This document shows, one piece after another, positions 59,392 through 64,000 of a stretch of DNA of 64,000 bases (the stretch's first letter is position 1; every line of letters starts with the position of its first letter). The stretch is from positions 62,001-126,000 of the forward strand of contig JAAOMT010000299.1 in assembly GCA_016748015.1 (NCBI GenBank), given 5' to 3'. The stretch comes from Geosiphon pyriformis uo1 (taxonomy: Eukaryota; Fungi; Glomeromycota). The notes under the pieces are model-generated. The model saw only the letters and a list, made by a program, of their open reading frames with translations, was not told the origin of the DNA and did not search any database. The position numbers and the translations under genes were made by a program.

Positions 59392-62300
59392 CTATATTTT
59401 TGAGTTGAAATATTCTTTGATTTTTTTTATTTGTAACAAACCATTAGCATTTCCATTGTCTTTTCTCTTTTTATAATGTATTATAAATGTATATGGTGAT
59501 AATGCTATTTTCTATCTTGCATAGCAATTATTTCCAAATTTCTAATTCTGAATTGAAGTCAATTTTTTGTGGTCTGTGTATATGTCAAATTTCTGGCTCA
59601 AGTATTTTTTTCATTTCATGACTGCCCAATAGATTGTCAAGTATTCTAATGCTGGTGTTCCATAGTTTTTTTCTACTGAACTCAAACTTTGATTAGTATA
59701 TATTACTGGATGTTTTCTTCCATTCAGTCTTCTCTGTAATAGTACTGCTCCCAATGCTTGGTTTAATGCATTGGTAATGATGATAAATGGTTTGCTGTAA
59801 TCTGAATACATTAACACTGAAGCTTAAATAAGCTTTCTTCTTAATATGTCAAAAGTCTTATGCTGGTTTTCTGTCCATTCATATTTGGTGTTTTTTGATT
59901 AAAGCTGGTGTAATGACTGAGCCAATTTAGAAAAATTTTTAATAAAGTGGTGATAATATTTGGCAAATTTCAAGAATGCTCTTAGTTTTTTTAAGTTGGT
60001 TGGTACTAAAAAGTTTTTAACTACCTTAATCTTGTCTGGATCTGTTTTAATATTATTTTTGCTTATAACATGTTCCAAAAACTTGAGTTCAGTTTTTTCA
60101 AAGAAGCATTTGTTTGCATTCAATTTCAATTCTGCTCATCTAAGTTTTTCAAATACTTGTTGGAGATAATGCAAATAATCATCAAATGTTCTTAAGAACA
60201 CATTGATGTTATCTAAATATATGACTACTGATTTCTATAACAGTCTAATATAGACAATTTCTATAAGTTGTTGAAATATGGTGGGAGTATTCATTAAGCC
60301 AAATGACATAACTTCAAATTTGAAATTCTTTTCTTGTGTTGTGAAAGCCATTTTCTCTTTATCTTCTGGTTTCATGGCTATTTGCCAGTAACCACTGTCT
60401 AAGTTTAAAGTTGAGAACTATTTCTTTCCTCCAAAAACATTGAACAGCTCTTGAATCTTTGGTGTTGAGTAGCTATCTCCTTTGGTTACTTTATTCAGTT
60501 TCTGGTAATCCACACAAAAGTGGATTTTTCTATTTTTTTTATAGACTAATACCACTGATAATGACCATGGGCTTATTGATAACTGAATTAGTCTATTGTC
60601 AAGCATTCAATTGATTTTTTGATGAATGATCTTATGGCTGGCTGGTAGTACTTAATATGCCTTTTGTTTAATTGACATTACATTTCTAGTCTTGATCTGG
60701 TGCTAGATTATGTCAATTCTGCCAAATTCGTTTTTGTTGGCAAAGATGTTATTGAAATTGTTGAGTAACATTTTGAGCTGCATACATTGTAGTGGGTCCA
60801 AATTTTCTAAGTTCATCTGTTCCAATTGTTTTGATTGAAGCAAATAATATTTATTTCATTCATATATTGTTTGTAATATAATATCCATATATTCATAAAG
60901 TTGTGAAAAGTCTAAAATGGTGCTTGGTAGTTGATTTTCTACTTTAGTGCTTATGTATTTGATTATAGTTCTTTTTGGTATCTCGATGATATTTCCAATT
61001 GTATTGTAGATGGGAATTTTAATGTGTTTTGGGCTTTTGGCTGATATATAAAAATTGATAAGTCCAATTTTTCTTAATTCACAAATAGTTGTTTTTGCTT
61101 CAAATATTTGGGCTTGACTCTTCACTTTCCTCTCTATAACTAGCATGTACTAGTCATATGGTGGAATAGAAATTGATTGACAGATGGAAATAATTTCTCC
61201 TTTGTCAACAATTTTTTTTTCTGCCATATTAACTAGTACATTTATTTTATCTGTTGATTTGAATCCTTGTATCCCTTTAGCTGTAATCTCTAATTTTTCC
61301 TTGTTTCTCACTAATACTAATTGAGCTATTTTAACCAGAAGCAGAAATATTGCCTGTGCTATTTTTTCATTTGGCTTTATGATATAGGCCTTTTTTGAGT
61401 CATTTTGTAGTATTGTAATAATATTTTCTATATATCTTGTATTAATTATTTCTCTTCTAATGTTGATTTCTTTTTTTGCTAAGCTATTTCTAGATGCTAG
61501 TTGAATTATTGTTGTTGTTAGAATTTTCAGTGCTATCTTAAAGTTAATGCAGATGCATAAATGTGGTTCCAATGTAATAGCATCTTTTTTTGGATATTTC
61601 AGATCAAACTCTGTATCAATATCATGCACACATTCTGGCATAATATTTTTGTTATTATTGCTAAACCATTTTAGTTCCTGTTTCTTGGTGAGGTCAGGAA
61701 GCACAATGTATATTTCAGGTTTTGAATCAGAGTTCGAATCATTGTTAATTTTGTTGCCATATTGAGTGAAATTGGAACCATTGTTTTCATTGTTGTCATT
61801 GTTAGAGTTTGAATCAAGATTGAAAATTGATTCCGATTTTGATGCACAGCTGCTGATTGATTCTTCTTCTTTCAGGATCATGTAGATTATGCATGGTAGT
61901 GAATTGTAAATGAGATTACATTTATTACAATATTAAAAGTTACGTGGAATTAGGCAGTGTTGACACAGTCAAGTGTTCAGCTGCTCCAAGCATTGCTCTT
62001 GCTCTTTTCTAATGGGCACTAATTTTTGGTAGTATTTATGGAATTGTTTTGGATCCAGGAGATTTATGACTGGTTCTGGGTTCTAGTCAAGTTTTATGAG
62101 TTCTGAGGGATTATTTTTTATTATTCTGATTTTCTTTGGCAATGTATCTTCAATTTTGGCAAATGTCATCCACTATATTTCATCATCATTATGTGGACAG
62201 CCATCTAAACATTTTACTGCTTTTCTCCAGGTGGCTTCTATTAGTGTCCCTTTTTTAATCCAGTTGCTTATTAGAATTGTGTATTAACATGATTTATCAC

Positions 62301-64000
62301 ATGTTTCTCTTCACTCAAAAATGTTGTTTCACATTCTTTCATCTAACAATGTTTTGTTACATGTCAAACATGGTTTATTGTCCCATTTTTTTTGTTGTTT
62401 TGGTTATTTAAAGCATTCTAAAATGCATGGTTGACAATAAAACTTGGTTGCTGTGAGATATTCCTTATCATTGCCACAGGATGTGCCCATTAATAACAAT
62501 TTCTTGCCACAATCAACACATACTAGCTTGGGTCAATAGTAACTGGTTGGTGGTTGTAGTGCTGAATAGGAGATATATATAGAATTGGAGTCTTGTGTAT
62601 TTTTGCTTTTTTTTTCTTTTTCTTTTCTTTTCTCTTTCCAGATCCAAATTGATGATAACTTACTTTGATCATTATCAGTTCACAATAATTAGTCAATGTT
62701 CCAAGTAAGTTCTTCTCTTCTTTTTCCTTTTCCTTGCTTGTTTTACAAAAGTACTGGCAACAGCTCATTGTGATTATTGTCGGCCCAAGAAACTTGATAC
62801 ACTTCCCAGGTAAGTTTAGTTTTCTTTTCTTCCAGCTCAATTAGTAGTCATATGGTGGTTAGTTTAAAGTGGCCACAGGTAGCTGATACTCTCGTATGTT
62901 GGCTGTTCTGGCTTAACTGGAGTTCTTAGATGGTCCAATTGAGTACCGCATTGGTTTTGGACAGCCAGTTATTACCAATGAGTGCTTGATATTAGATAGC
63001 TTCTATAACTAATATCTTGATTGGTATAATAATACCATTGACTTCTATAAAAAAGTCATTAATTTTACTGATTGGAGTTTTTGTCATTCCATCAGCCATG
63101 ATGATTTGTGTGCTAACAGCTCAATCAACTTGGTGATCTAGTTGGTCCATGAGTTGTTTTGTGATAATGCTGTCAGCTAATCTACTATCTAAAATCAGTT
63201 TAATGGAGTAGTCATCAACTCTTGCATTAGTGTACATAGTAGTAATTGGTTTTTTTTAGTGTGGCTCTATTAAACAATAGTGTTTGTGATGGTTTTTTGA
63301 ATTCAAATAGGAAAATTGCTGCTAGCAATTTGTCATTGGTTACAGTGACTGGAGGTATGTTGCTGGTAAGTAATTTGTTCTGGTTGAGTTCTTAGTTGTT
63401 AGATGAGACATCTTCTAAAATAATTAGAAAACTTAAATAGTGTTGGGAATTCGGGTTTTAAGTGTATTCAGTGCCTAGATTTTATTGTCAAGATCCTAAT
63501 GACTGGTTTGAGAAACTGGAAATCAGTTAATGTACTACTATTGCCAATCTCTAGCTTTGTTGTATTATTTTCGGCCTTTGGGTTCTGCTTTAAGGTAAGT
63601 TTTGTGGCAGTGTTGAATTTTGTTGGGGTTAATAAATTACTTGAAGCTGTGGCTAATAAATAGATTAGGGCTGCAGTTGATAAATGATGGGTGTTGTTGG
63701 CTGATAAATTAGAGCTTAATATATGAGTGGTTGATAAATTGGCTGTTGTATTATTTGAGTGTAATAAGGTGAATATTGATCCTAATTTGGGTATTGATTC
63801 AGAGTTTAAAACCTGTGATTGGCATTTCGATATTGATTTCCTGATCATTGATTATCTATTTTTAATCTGCAGTCAATTTTCAAATGTCCTTATTTACCAC
63901 AGTAGTAACAAACACACATCTTTTGCTGCCACTGTTGATTAGTTAAGGATAATGAATACAACTGATTCTAGAAACAATTTGCATTTTCTTGATTATTGCA
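59392..64000 (-). pseudogene. pol: gag end and pol of E: protease (~62870-63240), Cys-rich (~61910-62525), dUTPase (~61250-61670), RT, RNase H
   Basis: LILDSRL, LIGNNWL; DTEFDLKYP, KIAQAIFL, GIQGFKST; FCVDYQKLN, YLDNI; KNYGTPALE. Confidence 0.9.

Larger units (their letters stand above)
46518..64000 (-). mobile_element. Ty3/Gypsy element E (D/G family), runs off right edge; its 3' LTR is split by F
   Basis: 3' LTR parts 46518-46595 and 56481-57275, PPT at 57276, then ORF3, integrase, RNase H, RT, dUTPase, Cys-rich, protease, gag end. Confidence 0.92.

Overview
Very AT-rich, CpG-depleted eukaryotic DNA made almost entirely of decayed transposable elements. The TE families and protein style suggest a fungus of the Glomeromycotina type; this is an inference from remembered protein style, with no database check. 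I delimit eight Ty3/Gypsy LTR retrotransposon copies or fragments (labelled A, C, D, E, F, G, H, I), a second partial LTR of family C and one solo LTR. They are defined by TGTTA..TAACA LTR ends, tRNA primer-binding sites, polypurine tracts and, where both ends are visible, 4-bp target-site duplications, and they are nested up to five levels deep (G>D>LTR-C2>E>F and G>H>I). The window also holds a 5'-truncated RNase H-bearing LINE, a pogo/Tigger-type DNA transposon carrying a 57-bp tandem array, a Sola-like DDD transposase pseudogene, a 529-N gap and two small orphan ORFs; the last three lie in a CpG-rich island at about 17.6-21.6 kb. No intact host gene, RNA gene or CRISPR array is supported. 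The most interesting signal is the architecture shared by the Gypsy families: gag-protease-[Cys-rich domain]-[dUTPase]-RT-RNase H ending in a stop, then integrase apparently as a separate ATG-initiated ORF, then a conserved non-env third ORF next to the PPT. All retroelement ORFs are broken by heavy C>T/G>A transition mutagenesis.
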